This document shows positions 1 through 9,687 of a stretch of 64,000 nt of DNA, in pieces. Numbering within the stretch: position 1 is the first letter of the stretch; each line of letters opens with the position of its first letter. Both the position numbers and the translations under genes were made by a program. A model generated the notes under the pieces. That model was not told where the DNA came from. It saw only the letters and a list, made by a program, of their open reading frames with translations, and did no database searches. Source of the stretch: an uncultured delta proteobacterium. Its GTDB lineage: Bacteria > Desulfobacterota > Syntrophorhabdia > Syntrophorhabdales > WCHB1-27. Location: assembly GCA_963810935.1 (NCBI GenBank), contig CAWEPK010000005.1, positions 256,001 to 320,000 on the forward strand, written 5' to 3'.

Positions 1-354
1 GGCAGGCTCGTTGACGGCAGACACCCCGCCGTCCTTGCCGGCAAGAAGAACGAGGTTCCCCCGGTAACTGTGGTCCTCTTTTCTTTCCCAGTGGAAGCTC
101 TTACCTATCGTAACACGGAAGAGGTCGAACATCGTGTTTGCGCCGCCTTCGATCCGCAGGGCGGCGGCGCGGGCCGCCTCGTGCCCCTCGCCGTCGCGCA
201 GTACGATGCGCCCGGCGTGCGATGCGGCCGAAAACCCTCCCGACACCGGCCCTACGCCGTCTATCGAGAAGACGCCGTTAAGACGGCCTTCGAGGTTTTG
301 CTCCTCGACTATGCTTACGGAGATGAGAGGTTCGCTTACAATCCTCACAGCCAT
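1..354 (-). CDS. SpoIID/LytB domain protein, N-terminal part (runs off the left edge)
   Basis: Not in the ORF track. Read manually from ATG at 354: MAVRIVSEPLISVSIV...VTIGKSFHWERKEDHSYRGNLVLL...SAVNE. The FHWERKE..Y.G.L...VNE motif is typical of SpoIID/LytB proteins. Confidence 0.7.
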   Translation of the reverse strand, partial: MAVRIVSEPLISVSIVEEQNLEGRLNGVFSIDGVGPVSGGFSAASHAGRIVLRDGEGHEAARAAALRIEGGANTMFDLFRVTIGKSFHWERKEDHSYRGNLVLLAGKDGGVSAVNEPA

Positions 355-590
355 CAGAGCCAAAAAATTATTACTTTTTCGGAAGACTGTCAATCGCGGC
401 GGAATGTGCAGCCTTTTTTTACACCCCGCCCTCTTTCACGCGATGATGTCATTTACTAAGGCCTGAGGCGACGTTATCGGCCTGCCCTCCGGGGGCACGC
501 ACCGAAAAGGTGTCCCTTCTCTTTACAGAGGCTCCACGCCCTTTCGTCGAAGATGCGCATGTTTTCAGGGTATTCGAGGGCCTGCGCCGC

Positions 591-606
591 TGGTACGCAC
601 GTTGCA
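591..606 (+). promoter_or_regulatory. sigma54 (-24/-12) promoter
   Basis: TGGTAC-gcacg-TTGCA, with GG at 592-593 and GC at 604-605 spaced exactly N10; lies 25 nt upstream of an ORF with SD GGAGGGG. Confidence 0.6.
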
Positions 607-631
607 TCCCTTCAGGAGTGTCGGAGGGGAC

Positions 632-874
632 ATGAACAGCCAGGTCATGAAGCACCTCGTCGGCATCCTCCTCGAATCGCCTCTGTATCTCACGCTATCG
701 CGCAGGGAAAGACACCGCCTCCTGAACGACTTCGTCGGCCTTTACGCCTTCTTCGTGGAAACCCCCGACAATGCGGGCGCCGGGGAGCAGTCCGTGCTGG
801 CAAGGAGCGCGAACGTGTCCGCCGAAACACGCAAGGCAGCCGGCCGAAAAGGGCTCTTCCAAACGTCTCATTGA
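632..874 (+). CDS. small hypothetical protein (80 aa)
   Basis: SD GGAGGGG before ATG 632; MNSQVMKHLVGILLESPLYLTLSRRERHRLL... Confidence 0.6.
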   Translation: MNSQVMKHLVGILLESPLYLTLSRRERHRLLNDFVGLYAFFVETPDNAGAGEQSVLARSANVSAETRKAAGRKGLFQTSH

Positions 875-899
875 CCTTATCGCCGCAATAATCTATCAT
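871..899 (+). promoter_or_regulatory. sigma70-type promoter
   Basis: TTGACC-N17-TATCAT upstream of ATG 945. Confidence 0.55.
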
Positions 900-944
900 G
901 GGAATATGCTTTGAACGCCCCAAATAAAGATAAGGGAGACGCCC

Positions 945-1757
945 ATGAATACGAAGAAGAAATTCGGCCTTAAGGGTTATTCGCTGCCTCTCACTCCGGA
1001 AGGGCGCTCATCCGTCATTGACGCGCCCCCGTGGTATTACGGGGGTGAGATCCTCCATATAGGGTTCAAGGCCGCAAAAGAGAAGGTCGCCCGGCTGCTG
1101 CCGCCGCCCCTCGAGATGGGGCCGGACCCCGGGGCCGGGGCAGTCTGGTTCCCCGACTGGGTATCCGTAAGCGAGGGCAGGCCCGACCTCGCGTTCGTCA
1201 ACCCGGAAAGGTCGAACTACCGCGAGTGCCTCGTGATGCTCGCATGCAGTTTTAACGGCAAGCCCGGCTACTTCGTCCCGTATATCTGGGTGGACAACGA
1301 CTTCACCCTTATCAGAGGCTTCATCCAGGGGTTCCCGAAAAAGCTTGGGAGGATATACGTCACCAGGCTCCACGAGCTGAACCCGAAGATCGGTGGAAAA
1401 AAAATAGGGGCGAAAATAAAGGGCATCTGCGAAGTAAACGCCCAGAGGATCGTGGAAGGTTCGATGACGTTTACGCGAAAGGCGAAGCCGTCCGAGGTCC
1501 CGCCCGTGAAATTCTATCTCATGCGCCATTTCCCGAGCGTGGAGGACCCGAACGTACCCGCCGTGCACGAGCTTGCGACCGGCGCTGTCCGGGACGTGAA
1601 GATAGCCGATGTATGGACAGGCAGCGGTGAGCTTTCCTTTTTCCCCTCGCCTTTCGAAGAGGTCGCCGGCCTCGGCCGCGTCAAGGTGCAGGAGGCGTTC
1701 TATTTCAGCATGGGCATGACGATAACAGGCGGCGAAGTGCTCCACAAGTACAGGTAA
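945..1757 (+). CDS. acetoacetate decarboxylase-like family protein
   Basis: SD AGGGAG; GYSLPLTP..PPWYY, Y.EC, PYIWVDND and GFPKKL (Schiff-base Lys region). Confidence 0.85.
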   Translation: MNTKKKFGLKGYSLPLTPEGRSSVIDAPPWYYGGEILHIGFKAAKEKVARLLPPPLEMGPDPGAGAVWFPDWVSVSEGRPDLAFVNPERSNYRECLVMLACSFNGKPGYFVPYIWVDNDFTLIRGFIQGFPKKLGRIYVTRLHELNPKIGGKKIGAKIKGICEVNAQRIVEGSMTFTRKAKPSEVPPVKFYLMRHFPSVEDPNVPAVHELATGAVRDVKIADVWTGSGELSFFPSPFEEVAGLGRVKVQEAFYFSMGMTITGGEVLHKYR

Positions 1758-1865
1758 CGGTCCACAGCCGCCTTTACGGGGCGCCTCACAGACCGCCCAA
1801 TCGAGCCGCCATTCCGGGCGCACCTCTCTTTACAGACGCGCCTGCCGGTCTAATAATTCTATAGA

Positions 1866-2546
1866 ATGCGCGACGCAGCGGCTGCATCACTCATGGCGAT
1901 AGCCATGCTCTGCTTCCCCCCGGCCTGCATGGGGGCAGGCCGGGACGCGGGCGCGGAAACGATTGTCAGGCAGATGCAGGCCGCCTGGGCAAACGTACAC
2001 GATTACCGGGCGCGGATGCTCATTCGCACATATCGGGACAGCGGGTCGCCCGATACGCAGACGTTCTTTTACACATTCAGGAAGCCCGACCAAATCAGGA
2101 TAGATTTCATACGTCCTCACCCGGGCATGGTGATGATATATCCTGACAAGGAGGGAAGGGTCTTCATCAGGCCCTCCGGGCTTGCCCGGCTCTTCCGTCT
2201 GCACCTGCCTCCGGACAGCCCGAGGCTCGTAGTCTCCGCCGGGCAGCGCATAGACCAGACGGACCTGGGGCTGCTGATCGCCAACATAGCGCGCAGCGTA
2301 GGGAGCGAGCGGCGGGGGCCGGTCTTCACATTCGAGGAGAACGGGCTGGCGGTCATTCAGACGGTCGCTGTGGACCACTTCCGCCCGGACGTAGTCACCG
2401 CTTACAGGTTCCTGATAGATAAGCACATGTGGCTCCCCGTCAGGGTGGAGGAATCGACGCCGGGAGGGCAAACCGAGCGGACGATAAGCTTTTTCGACCT
2501 CGAAGTGAACGTATCAATTCCGGTCGCTTTCTTCAAGGCCGGGTGA
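1866..2546 (+). CDS. LolA-like outer-membrane lipoprotein carrier / DUF1571-like periplasmic protein
   Basis: Signal peptide; FRKPDQIRIDF and IDKHMWLPVRVE...F.DLEVNVSIP..FF, typical of the LolA-fold family. Confidence 0.7.
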   Translation: MRDAAAASLMAIAMLCFPPACMGAGRDAGAETIVRQMQAAWANVHDYRARMLIRTYRDSGSPDTQTFFYTFRKPDQIRIDFIRPHPGMVMIYPDKEGRVFIRPSGLARLFRLHLPPDSPRLVVSAGQRIDQTDLGLLIANIARSVGSERRGPVFTFEENGLAVIQTVAVDHFRPDVVTAYRFLIDKHMWLPVRVEESTPGGQTERTISFFDLEVNVSIPVAFFKAG

Positions 2547-2564
2547 GGTAAGGACGGCCTGACC

Positions 2565-3308
2565 ATGGGAGAGACGGACGGCAGGGAGACCGGGAGGCAG
2601 GCAGAGTGGTTTGTGCCCTGGTTCGGGCCGGCAGCCTTCCGGTCGTTCGTAGGTCTTCTGTTCCTGCCGTACACGGGCATGGTCCTCTCCTTCGCCGTCC
2701 TGGGCTCCGTAGTCGCGCCTTCGATAGACCTCGGAAGGCTTTGCGCAATAGTTATTATTTATGCCCTGGGTCTCGGCGTAGGCGCCCACAGCCTCGACGC
2801 GCTTGGAAGGGGAGGGAAGAAACCGTGGGGCGTTATCCTCACGAAGCGGCAGCTTATAGTAGTCGCGGCCGCTTCCTTGACGTCCGCCTATGCCGTTGCC
2901 GCCTACTACATGGTGACCGCCGTCTCCCGCCTCTGGACCGTCGCGGCAGCAGAGGGCTTCTTCGTTTTCGCCTACAACCTGGAGTGGTTCAAGGGCAGGT
3001 TCCACACGGACGGATGGTTTGCCTTCTCATGGGGGTTTCTGCCCGTTATAGCAGGCAACATCATGCAGACCAACACGGTCTCTCCGGCCGCCCTTGCACT
3101 CGGGCTTTCCATGGCGCTTTTCAGCCTGATAGAGATAAAGGCCTCCCGCCCGTACAAGGAGCTGAAGAAGCGCGCCGGCCCGTATGCGGCGGATGACCTT
3201 TCGGAAATTGCCGCGTACGAATACATTTTGAAATGCGTGAGCCTCGGCGTCATGCTCCTTGCGTCGGCGTTTCTGATCCTGAGGTTTTCCGGCGGGCGGC
3301 ACCCGTGA
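2565..3308 (+). CDS. multi-pass membrane protein, possibly a remote UbiA-like prenyltransferase
   Basis: About 7-8 hydrophobic helices; GAHSLDAL and YNLEWFKGRFHTD loops; translationally coupled (GTGA) to the polyprenyl synthase. Canonical UbiA Asp motifs are not clearly present. Confidence 0.45.
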   Translation: MGETDGRETGRQAEWFVPWFGPAAFRSFVGLLFLPYTGMVLSFAVLGSVVAPSIDLGRLCAIVIIYALGLGVGAHSLDALGRGGKKPWGVILTKRQLIVVAAASLTSAYAVAAYYMVTAVSRLWTVAAAEGFFVFAYNLEWFKGRFHTDGWFAFSWGFLPVIAGNIMQTNTVSPAALALGLSMALFSLIEIKASRPYKELKKRAGPYAADDLSEIAAYEYILKCVSLGVMLLASAFLILRFSGGRHP

Positions 3309-4276
3309 GCGATTTTCACGCATATATCGCGAGACGAAGGCCCCGAATCGATGAGGCTTACAACCTCAGGCTGTATGCCCTTCTGACCGGCGTACCGGCC
3401 GCGGACCGGACGGGCCTCTTACAGAGCCTCCAGGCAGGAAAGAAGATAAGGGGGTGCCTGGCCTGCCTCGTCTGCGAGGGGCTGGGCGGCCCCGTGGAGC
3501 AGGCAATCCCAAGGGCGGTAGCCGTAGAGATGATACAGGCGGCCACCCTGCTGCACGATGATTTCGTCGATCAGGACACGCTCAGGGGCGGCAGGCCGGC
3601 AGTCTGGACAGTCGAGGGGGCGAGGAGGACGGTCCTTATAGGGGACGTTATCTTCGCTGCCGCCATTAAAATGATGGCCGATGTGGGCGCACGCGACGGG
3701 CGGGAGGCGGCAGACGCCATCGCCAGGGTCTCGCGCGGCGCCTTGAAAGAGCCGCTCGACGCGCAGGCGCTCGCGGAAAGGATAGAATCGGACGGCCCGC
3801 ACGCGGCCCCGTACGATGAGATCGTCCGGCTCAAGACGGCCGAGCTTTTCGGCACTGCCTGCACCCTCGGCGCGATCGCGGCGGGCCTGGACGGCCCGGT
3901 ATCAGAGATATGCCGCAGCTACGGACTGTCGGTCGGCGAGGCATACCAGATAGCCGACGACCTGAAGGAAGTACGGCACTGCCTCTATGCGGGGCTCATC
4001 GATGCCCGCCACGCAACGGGCATTGCCCCTGCCGTCCTGCGCTTTGCGCCGGAGGCGCGTATGCTTCTGGTCGACGCGCTGAAAGGCGGGCGGCGGCAGA
4101 TCGATGCAGGGGACCGCGCACTCCTCGCAGATGCCGCCCGGCTGATGGAAGAGGCAGTAGAAGCGCGATGGGGGGCAGCGGCAGCCCTGATAGGCGGCTT
4201 TCCTTATAGCGGCTATAGCGAGGTTGTACGGAAGGCCCCGGAGGAGATTATCGCGATTTTCAACGAGTCGCTTTAA
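3305..4276 (+). CDS. polyprenyl diphosphate synthase (trans-isoprenyl diphosphate synthase family)
   Basis: GKKIRG, FARM LLHDDFVDQDTLRGG, KTAELF, SARM-like YQIADDLKE; GTG start overlaps the upstream TGA. Confidence 0.9.
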   Translation: MSDFHAYIARRRPRIDEAYNLRLYALLTGVPAADRTGLLQSLQAGKKIRGCLACLVCEGLGGPVEQAIPRAVAVEMIQAATLLHDDFVDQDTLRGGRPAVWTVEGARRTVLIGDVIFAAAIKMMADVGARDGREAADAIARVSRGALKEPLDAQALAERIESDGPHAAPYDEIVRLKTAELFGTACTLGAIAAGLDGPVSEICRSYGLSVGEAYQIADDLKEVRHCLYAGLIDARHATGIAPAVLRFAPEARMLLVDALKGGRRQIDAGDRALLADAARLMEEAVEARWGAAAALIGGFPYSGYSEVVRKAPEEIIAIFNESL

Positions 4277-4330
4277 TTCTACCGTTCCACAAAATGTGTT
4301 CCTGTTTGAGGTTCGTTGATTCCTTTCCTT

Positions 4331-4437
4331 CCGTCATTCCGGCGAAAGCCGGAATCCAATGCTGTCAGGGACCCGCAATCGCTGGACCCTGGTTCCCGGA
4401 TTGAAACATTCCGGGACAAGCTTCATCAGGGTGACGG
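4331..4437. repeat. REP/MITE-like palindromic element
   Basis: Terminal IR CCGTCA...TGACGG; internal hairpins TTCCGGC-GAAA-GCCGGAA and TCCCGGA-N9-TCCGGGA; nested TCCA/TGGA and CCCTG/CAGGG pairs. Confidence 0.75.
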
Positions 4438-5141
4438 CCGAGGGGGGCCGGGCTTTTGGCGCGGACGATGGCTGCTGCACCGAAGTGGAGGCTTTCTGAG
4501 CCGATTTCTTCGAAGCCGCAGCCAGCTAGAAGTTCTTTAAGGCGGGCTACCCAATCCGTCTGCCGAAGGAAGCCCGGAAGGTCGTCAAACGCGGGCCTCC
4601 AGGAAGGATAGAACCTGACTGCGATACTCTGTAAGAGCGCAAAATGGAGCCGCCACGCAGCAGCGCAGGTCTTGTTGCCGGGATAGGTGAAGTCGTGCAT
4701 AATGAGCAAGCCGCCCGGCCGGAGAATCTTCTTCACGTTTCGGACGAGGGCGGGAAGGTTTGCGTATTTTGCAAGGTACGATGAAGTGACGCAGTCGGCG
4801 GGCCCTTCCGGCAGCATGTCCTCGGCGCGTCCCTGCATCAACTCCACGTTGCCCAGGCCAGAGGCGGCTGTCTTCGCCTTTGCTATTTTCAGGTACCCTT
4901 CGGTCACGTCTATGCCCGTTACGCGGGCCTGCGGGAAATGCCGTGCGAGCATCAGAGTAAGGATGCCTGTGCCGCATGCCTGGTCGACTATCCTGGCCGG
5001 CCCTGCGGGTACCATCCCCACTATCCTCTTTTTCCACCTGTTGTCGAAGCCCAGCGTCGTCGCGCGGACGACGCTGTCGTAACTCGACCCCGTGCCCGAA
5101 AAAAAACGGCCCACGAGGTCCATACGATCGCTGTTCTCCAT
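4365..5141 (-). CDS. UbiE/MenG-like class I SAM-dependent methyltransferase
   Basis: FFSGTGSSYD...T.GFDNRWK, IVDQACGTG, ILRPGGLLIMHDF. Confidence 0.85.
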   Translation of the reverse strand: MENSDRMDLVGRFFSGTGSSYDSVVRATTLGFDNRWKKRIVGMVPAGPARIVDQACGTGILTLMLARHFPQARVTGIDVTEGYLKIAKAKTAASGLGNVELMQGRAEDMLPEGPADCVTSSYLAKYANLPALVRNVKKILRPGGLLIMHDFTYPGNKTCAAAWRLHFALLQSIAVRFYPSWRPAFDDLPGFLRQTDWVARLKELLAGCGFEEIGSESLHFGAAAIVRAKSPAPLGRHPDEACPGMFQSGNQGPAIAGP

Positions 5142-5182
5142 TGTGCCCGGCCCCAGCAGCCGCCTGCAGCGGCGGTACTAAT

Positions 5183-6157
5183 TTATAAGAGATTGCGCAG
5201 CAGTGCCGAAGCCTGCCTGATGCCCACCTTGATCCCCATCCGCGCCGAATTCTTTTTCAGCGTCCTGGCGCTTCGGAGATCGAGCCGCTCGCCCCGTCTC
5301 ATCCGGTCGATTACGCTCCGCTCGTCCTTCATCCAGCCGAACTCCCGCATTATGGCGCTCGTGTAACCCTCCGGGTCGTCCCAGGACCGCATGAGCAGGC
5401 TGACGCTCTTCATGCCGGGAACGATCCCATCGCCCGCGAGCGGCGCTACGCATCCGATTGCCTCGCCGACCCCCCAGACGTCGCATCCGTTATGTCTGGT
5501 GACGAAAGGCAGCGACGCATGCGGCGCCGTCAGGCGGATGTTCCCTTTGCAGCCGCAGAGCACTTTGCCCGGCGAGCCGTTGCCGCTCACCCAGCCGAGC
5601 TCGCGCAGGCGCATCGCCGGGTCCGCCAGCAGGGAGCCGCATCCTATGTGATATTCCCCTTTCGACAACGGGAAGCACCAGGCATAGCCGATGCCGCCGA
5701 GCGTTATGCGGTTTTCGAGCGCCTCATCGGAGCGTACCCGGAATTGAACGCACGGCAGCGTGACATCGTCATCGATGGCAGGCAGAAGCGCTCTGGATAC
5801 GCCGGACGCATCGATCACCCTCTCATATGACCCGGCGTCGAACCCAGAACGCCGTATCCCGGCCCCCGAGAAAAGGTCCCCCAGGAGCTTTTGCTTGTCG
5901 AAAGTCATGAGATCGACCCCTATCCTGAAGCCGTCAATCAGTATGTGGTCCATTTTGCTCAAGGCATAATCCGAAGCGTCGAGGCCCGCGTCGTGCGCAA
6001 GCTCGGCGAACTCCCGCGACGTCGCCCACGCGCACGGGCTGACCCCGCATGACGTACCGGGGTCCTTGCCGAAGACGTCGGCCCGGACGCCGCTTTGCAG
6101 AAGCAGCCGGAACAGATAGGCGGCCGTCAGGCCCGCCCCCAGAATAGCCACTTTCAT
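5183..6157 (-). CDS. geranylgeranyl reductase-like FAD-dependent oxidoreductase
   Basis: MKVAILGAGLTAA (FAD Rossmann fold), PCAW, IDASG, GYAWCFP, VGEAIGCVAPLAGDGI. Confidence 0.8.
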   Translation of the reverse strand: MKVAILGAGLTAAYLFRLLLQSGVRADVFGKDPGTSCGVSPCAWATSREFAELAHDAGLDASDYALSKMDHILIDGFRIGVDLMTFDKQKLLGDLFSGAGIRRSGFDAGSYERVIDASGVSRALLPAIDDDVTLPCVQFRVRSDEALENRITLGGIGYAWCFPLSKGEYHIGCGSLLADPAMRLRELGWVSGNGSPGKVLCGCKGNIRLTAPHASLPFVTRHNGCDVWGVGEAIGCVAPLAGDGIVPGMKSVSLLMRSWDDPEGYTSAIMREFGWMKDERSVIDRMRRGERLDLRSARTLKKNSARMGIKVGIRQASALLRNLL

Positions 6158-6300
6158 AGCCCGGACTTCCATATATCGTTCAACTCCTTATATATTCATT
6201 ATAGGTCACGTCTGCCCGAAACGGCAAAAAAAGGCCTCACATAGCCTTCGCCTCCCATCCAGTTACGCAAAGGCATCGCAGGGTGTATAATAAGAAAAAG

Positions 6301-6984
6301 ATGAGAGACGAAGACTCCTTCACGGAACTGTGGAAGCACCTTCCGAAAGAGCTGCAGGACGAATTGGCCGAAGCGGTCGAGAAATCTTCGGCCAGGTCGC
6401 CGGAGGAGTTTGCCTGGCAGATCTTCGTCGGCCCCTGTCCCCGATGCGGCAGCAGGGAAACGCAGGACTGCGAGGGCGTCGCCGGGATCGCAGACATCAG
6501 CCTCGGCCTTTGCAACAGGTGCGGCCATCTTTGGTGTACCGAATGCGGGCGGCCTGCGGTGGTCGGGACGCCTTGCGAGCACTGGGAGATATGCGAGAGC
6601 TGCCTTGAAGAAAAAGGCAGACCCCATGATTGCGGCATATCCACCGCGGCCTGCCCTAAAATCGTATTTTCCGAGGCCTTTCAAGACGACGAAAGCGTTT
6701 ACAACTGCGCCTGGTGCAACAGGGTAATAGAGAAGGATGCGGACGTGTACGGGCTCGGGGCCAGGACGCGCAAAGGGATCCGCCCGCCCGGACGCGAGGG
6801 AACGCGCGTCAGGATACCCCTGAGCCACATAGACAAGACGGTCTCGGCCATCGTCCCCCGGCGCAGCCAGGATGCGAAAAGCGAAGGAGACGACCTTCTT
6901 TTCACGATCTGCAGCAGGAAGTGCGGCGAGCTGCTGAAAAGGGCGCTCCTGAAAGAGAAGTTCAGGATAGTACGGAAGGGCTGA
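6301..6984 (+). CDS. Cys-rich putative multi-zinc-finger protein
   Basis: 16 Cys including CPRC, CNRC, CTEC, CESC, CAWC, CSRKC; TTACGC-N17-TATAAT just upstream (6263-6291). Confidence 0.7.
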   Translation: MRDEDSFTELWKHLPKELQDELAEAVEKSSARSPEEFAWQIFVGPCPRCGSRETQDCEGVAGIADISLGLCNRCGHLWCTECGRPAVVGTPCEHWEICESCLEEKGRPHDCGISTAACPKIVFSEAFQDDESVYNCAWCNRVIEKDADVYGLGARTRKGIRPPGREGTRVRIPLSHIDKTVSAIVPRRSQDAKSEGDDLLFTICSRKCGELLKRALLKEKFRIVRKG

Positions 6985-7052
6985 AAAGCCGCCTCATTGC
7001 CTCCCCCTTGTTTTGCTATTGACAAGAAGAACCGACTGTAATTAAATCAACC

Positions 7053-8066
7053 GTGGACAGGCCGGGCTATATTCGCGAGATGCAGATAGCGCGAGGGGTG
7101 GGCATACTTCTCGTCACCGTAGGCCACAGCGAGCCCATAAGGGCCGCTTACCCGGTCCTGTTCAATACCATCTACGCCTTTCACATGCCCCTTTTTTTCT
7201 TCCTGTCGGGCTTTTTTTCCCTGAAATCGACCACCGCAGGCACCTTCAGGGAATGGCGCAGCGTCGTCTGGCCGAGGCTCCTCAAGCTCATCATCCCATA
7301 CTTCGCAATCACGGTTACGTACTCACTGCTCAAGTGGTGCGTGCCGCAACTGGCCAAAAGGCCCGTTGACCTGGGCCGGCTCCTCGTCGATATGCTGATC
7401 TACCCTACGGACAACCCTGCCCTTTTCCTCTGGTTCCTCTACGCGCTCATTATTATGAGGGCGCTCGCGCCGCTTGCCATGAAGGCCAACCCTTACGCCG
7501 TCCTGGCGGTCTGCCTGGTCTTTCAGGTACTGACCCCCGATATACGGCCGCTGGGGATCACGCTCGTATTCTATTACGGCATATATTATTATTTGGGCTT
7601 GCAGACGGCCGCCCTGAAAAAAGAGCGGTTCCTCTTCCTGCTCAAGAGGCCACCGCTCCCCGTCGCTGCATTATGCGTCTTTGCCGCCGCCTGTCTCGCA
7701 CAGGCGCACTGGCCCACGCCGCTTTTGAGGTTCCCCGCCGCGGCGTCGGGCATACTCTTCGTCTTATCCGCCTGCTCCGTATATGGCAGGTTCCTGCCGG
7801 CCCGCATCCTCGAATATGCCGGCCGCCATTCCCTGCAAGTCTACCTGCTCCAGTATTTCTTTATCTTCCCGACCCTGTTCGCGCTGCTTGCCGTAGGCGT
7901 ACCCGGGCGGCTCATCGTATTCGCCACCTTCGCGGTCGGCCTGGCGGGACCGCTTTTGATCGCCGCCTCGGTCTTCCCCAGAAGCCGCATAATAGCACTG
8001 TTATATGGCGGAATTGAAACCGGTACGGGGGGACAGCCCGGACAAGTCGGGGAACGCGCTGCCTGA
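7053..8066 (+). CDS. acyltransferase family 3 (membrane O-acyltransferase)
   Basis: ARGVGILLV..GH, IYAFHMPLFFFLSG, LWFL..L, GRHSLQVYLLQ. Confidence 0.9.
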   Translation: MDRPGYIREMQIARGVGILLVTVGHSEPIRAAYPVLFNTIYAFHMPLFFFLSGFFSLKSTTAGTFREWRSVVWPRLLKLIIPYFAITVTYSLLKWCVPQLAKRPVDLGRLLVDMLIYPTDNPALFLWFLYALIIMRALAPLAMKANPYAVLAVCLVFQVLTPDIRPLGITLVFYYGIYYYLGLQTAALKKERFLFLLKRPPLPVAALCVFAAACLAQAHWPTPLLRFPAAASGILFVLSACSVYGRFLPARILEYAGRHSLQVYLLQYFFIFPTLFALLAVGVPGRLIVFATFAVGLAGPLLIAASVFPRSRIIALLYGGIETGTGGQPGQVGERAA

Positions 8067-8081
8067 ACGAAGGACAAATTT

Positions 8082-9687
8082 CTAGGGTTTACGCAGCCTG
8101 TCGACACGGTCCAGCACCATGACCCGGACGTCCTGGCCAGGCTTCATCTCCAGACACGTCTCGTACTGCTCCATCGCAAGGCCCTTATCGCCCTCCGCCT
8201 CGTGACACCTGCCCAGGATGTAATGCCCCCTGGCATAATACGGGTTCAGCTCGATGGCCCTGACGGACGTGTTCCTGGCCTCTTCGAATCGCGAGCCGTC
8301 TAGGTAGACTTCCGCCAGAGCGCACAGGAAATCGGGATAGGAAACACCGGAGGCCGCGAGGAAGACCCCGTGCTCGGCAGCCTGCTCGTGCTTTCCCAGC
8401 ATCTTCTGGGCATAGAAAAGGTTGAGCCTCGCTTTCGAGTACCGGGCGTTGAGCCTCACGGCTTCCGCAAAGCAGGCCTCCGCCTCTGCGGGCTGGTTCA
8501 CCTTCATGTAAAGCGTGCCCAGGCTGTTGTGGACGTCGGGATAGGCCGGGTGCTCCGCTATGTGGTTCCTGACGAGAGGGATCAGCGTCCCGGCCAGTGA
8601 CGCATCCTCGTCCGCGATGCTGAGGATGACCGAAACCATCTCGGATAAGTCGGGGGTGATCCTTATCGACTTATTGAACTCCGGTATGTTCTTCGTGATC
8701 TCGCTGTCTTTGAGCATCTTCCTTAACACGCCGGCGAAGTTCTCGCCCCGCGAGGAAGCCAGGACGCCCCGTATGGCCTGCAGCATGGTGGCCACGTCCC
8801 CGTCGCCCGGATCGACCGCGTGCAGCTCTTCAAGCTCTTTCAGGCCCTGCTCGAACTGGTCGAGGTAACAGTAAACCGCAGCCAGCTTGATCTTGGCCTC
8901 CTTGTACGAAGGGTTGATCGCCAGCGCGCGCATGAAGCTGCCCCTTGCCTTTTCCCATTCCTTTCGGGAGGTCTGCAAAAGCCCCAGATAATAATGCAGG
9001 TCCGCGTAATCGGGGAACGACGAGATAAGGGCCGTCAGCGCAACGAGCGCTTCGTCGAGCTTGCCAAGGTATATATGGGCCACAACGATCTTGATGCGCG
9101 CCTGTAAGTAATTGTGGTTTATCTCCAGCGCCGACTCGAACGACGCAAGGGCGCGCGCCACCTGTCCCTGTCCGAGAAGCGCGAGACCGAGATTGTAATG
9201 GATATCGGCGTATTGCGGGTTCTTGAAAAGTATCTCTTTGTAGAGCGACGCTGCCCTGTCCCACATCTTGTTGTTGTGGAGGACGACTCCGAACCTCAGC
9301 GCAACGGGAAGGTTGTGGGGATCGACCGAGAGGACCGTGTTGAAGCTGTCTATGGCGCCCTTGAAGTCGCCCAGGTTGTTCTGGCAGACGCCGATGAAGT
9401 AGTTCGAGCTCGTTATAATCGGGGTTGAAGTGGAGGGCCATCTTGAACTCCTCCAGCGCTTCACGGTAGCTCCCGGTAGCGAACAGGACGATTCCCAGGT
9501 TCCTGTGCGACTGGCTCGCATATACGAGAGAAAGGTTGTAGTGCAGGCTTTTCAGCGATCTCTTTTGCGCAAGCAGCTCCTCAAACTTAGCAATCGCCTC
9601 CCTATAATTGTGTTCGTTGAAGAATCGCATGGCCTCATTGTAAAGCTCGTTGCTTCCCAGCGTCCAGATCCTTTTAAAGATCCTCAT
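8082..9687 (-). CDS. tetratricopeptide repeat protein (one gene with a +1 frameshift at ~9405)
   Basis: Two ORFs join as FNPDYNEL|NYFIGVCQ if one base next to GAGCTC is removed; many TPR motifs (e.g. YADIHYNLGLAL). Confidence 0.85.
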
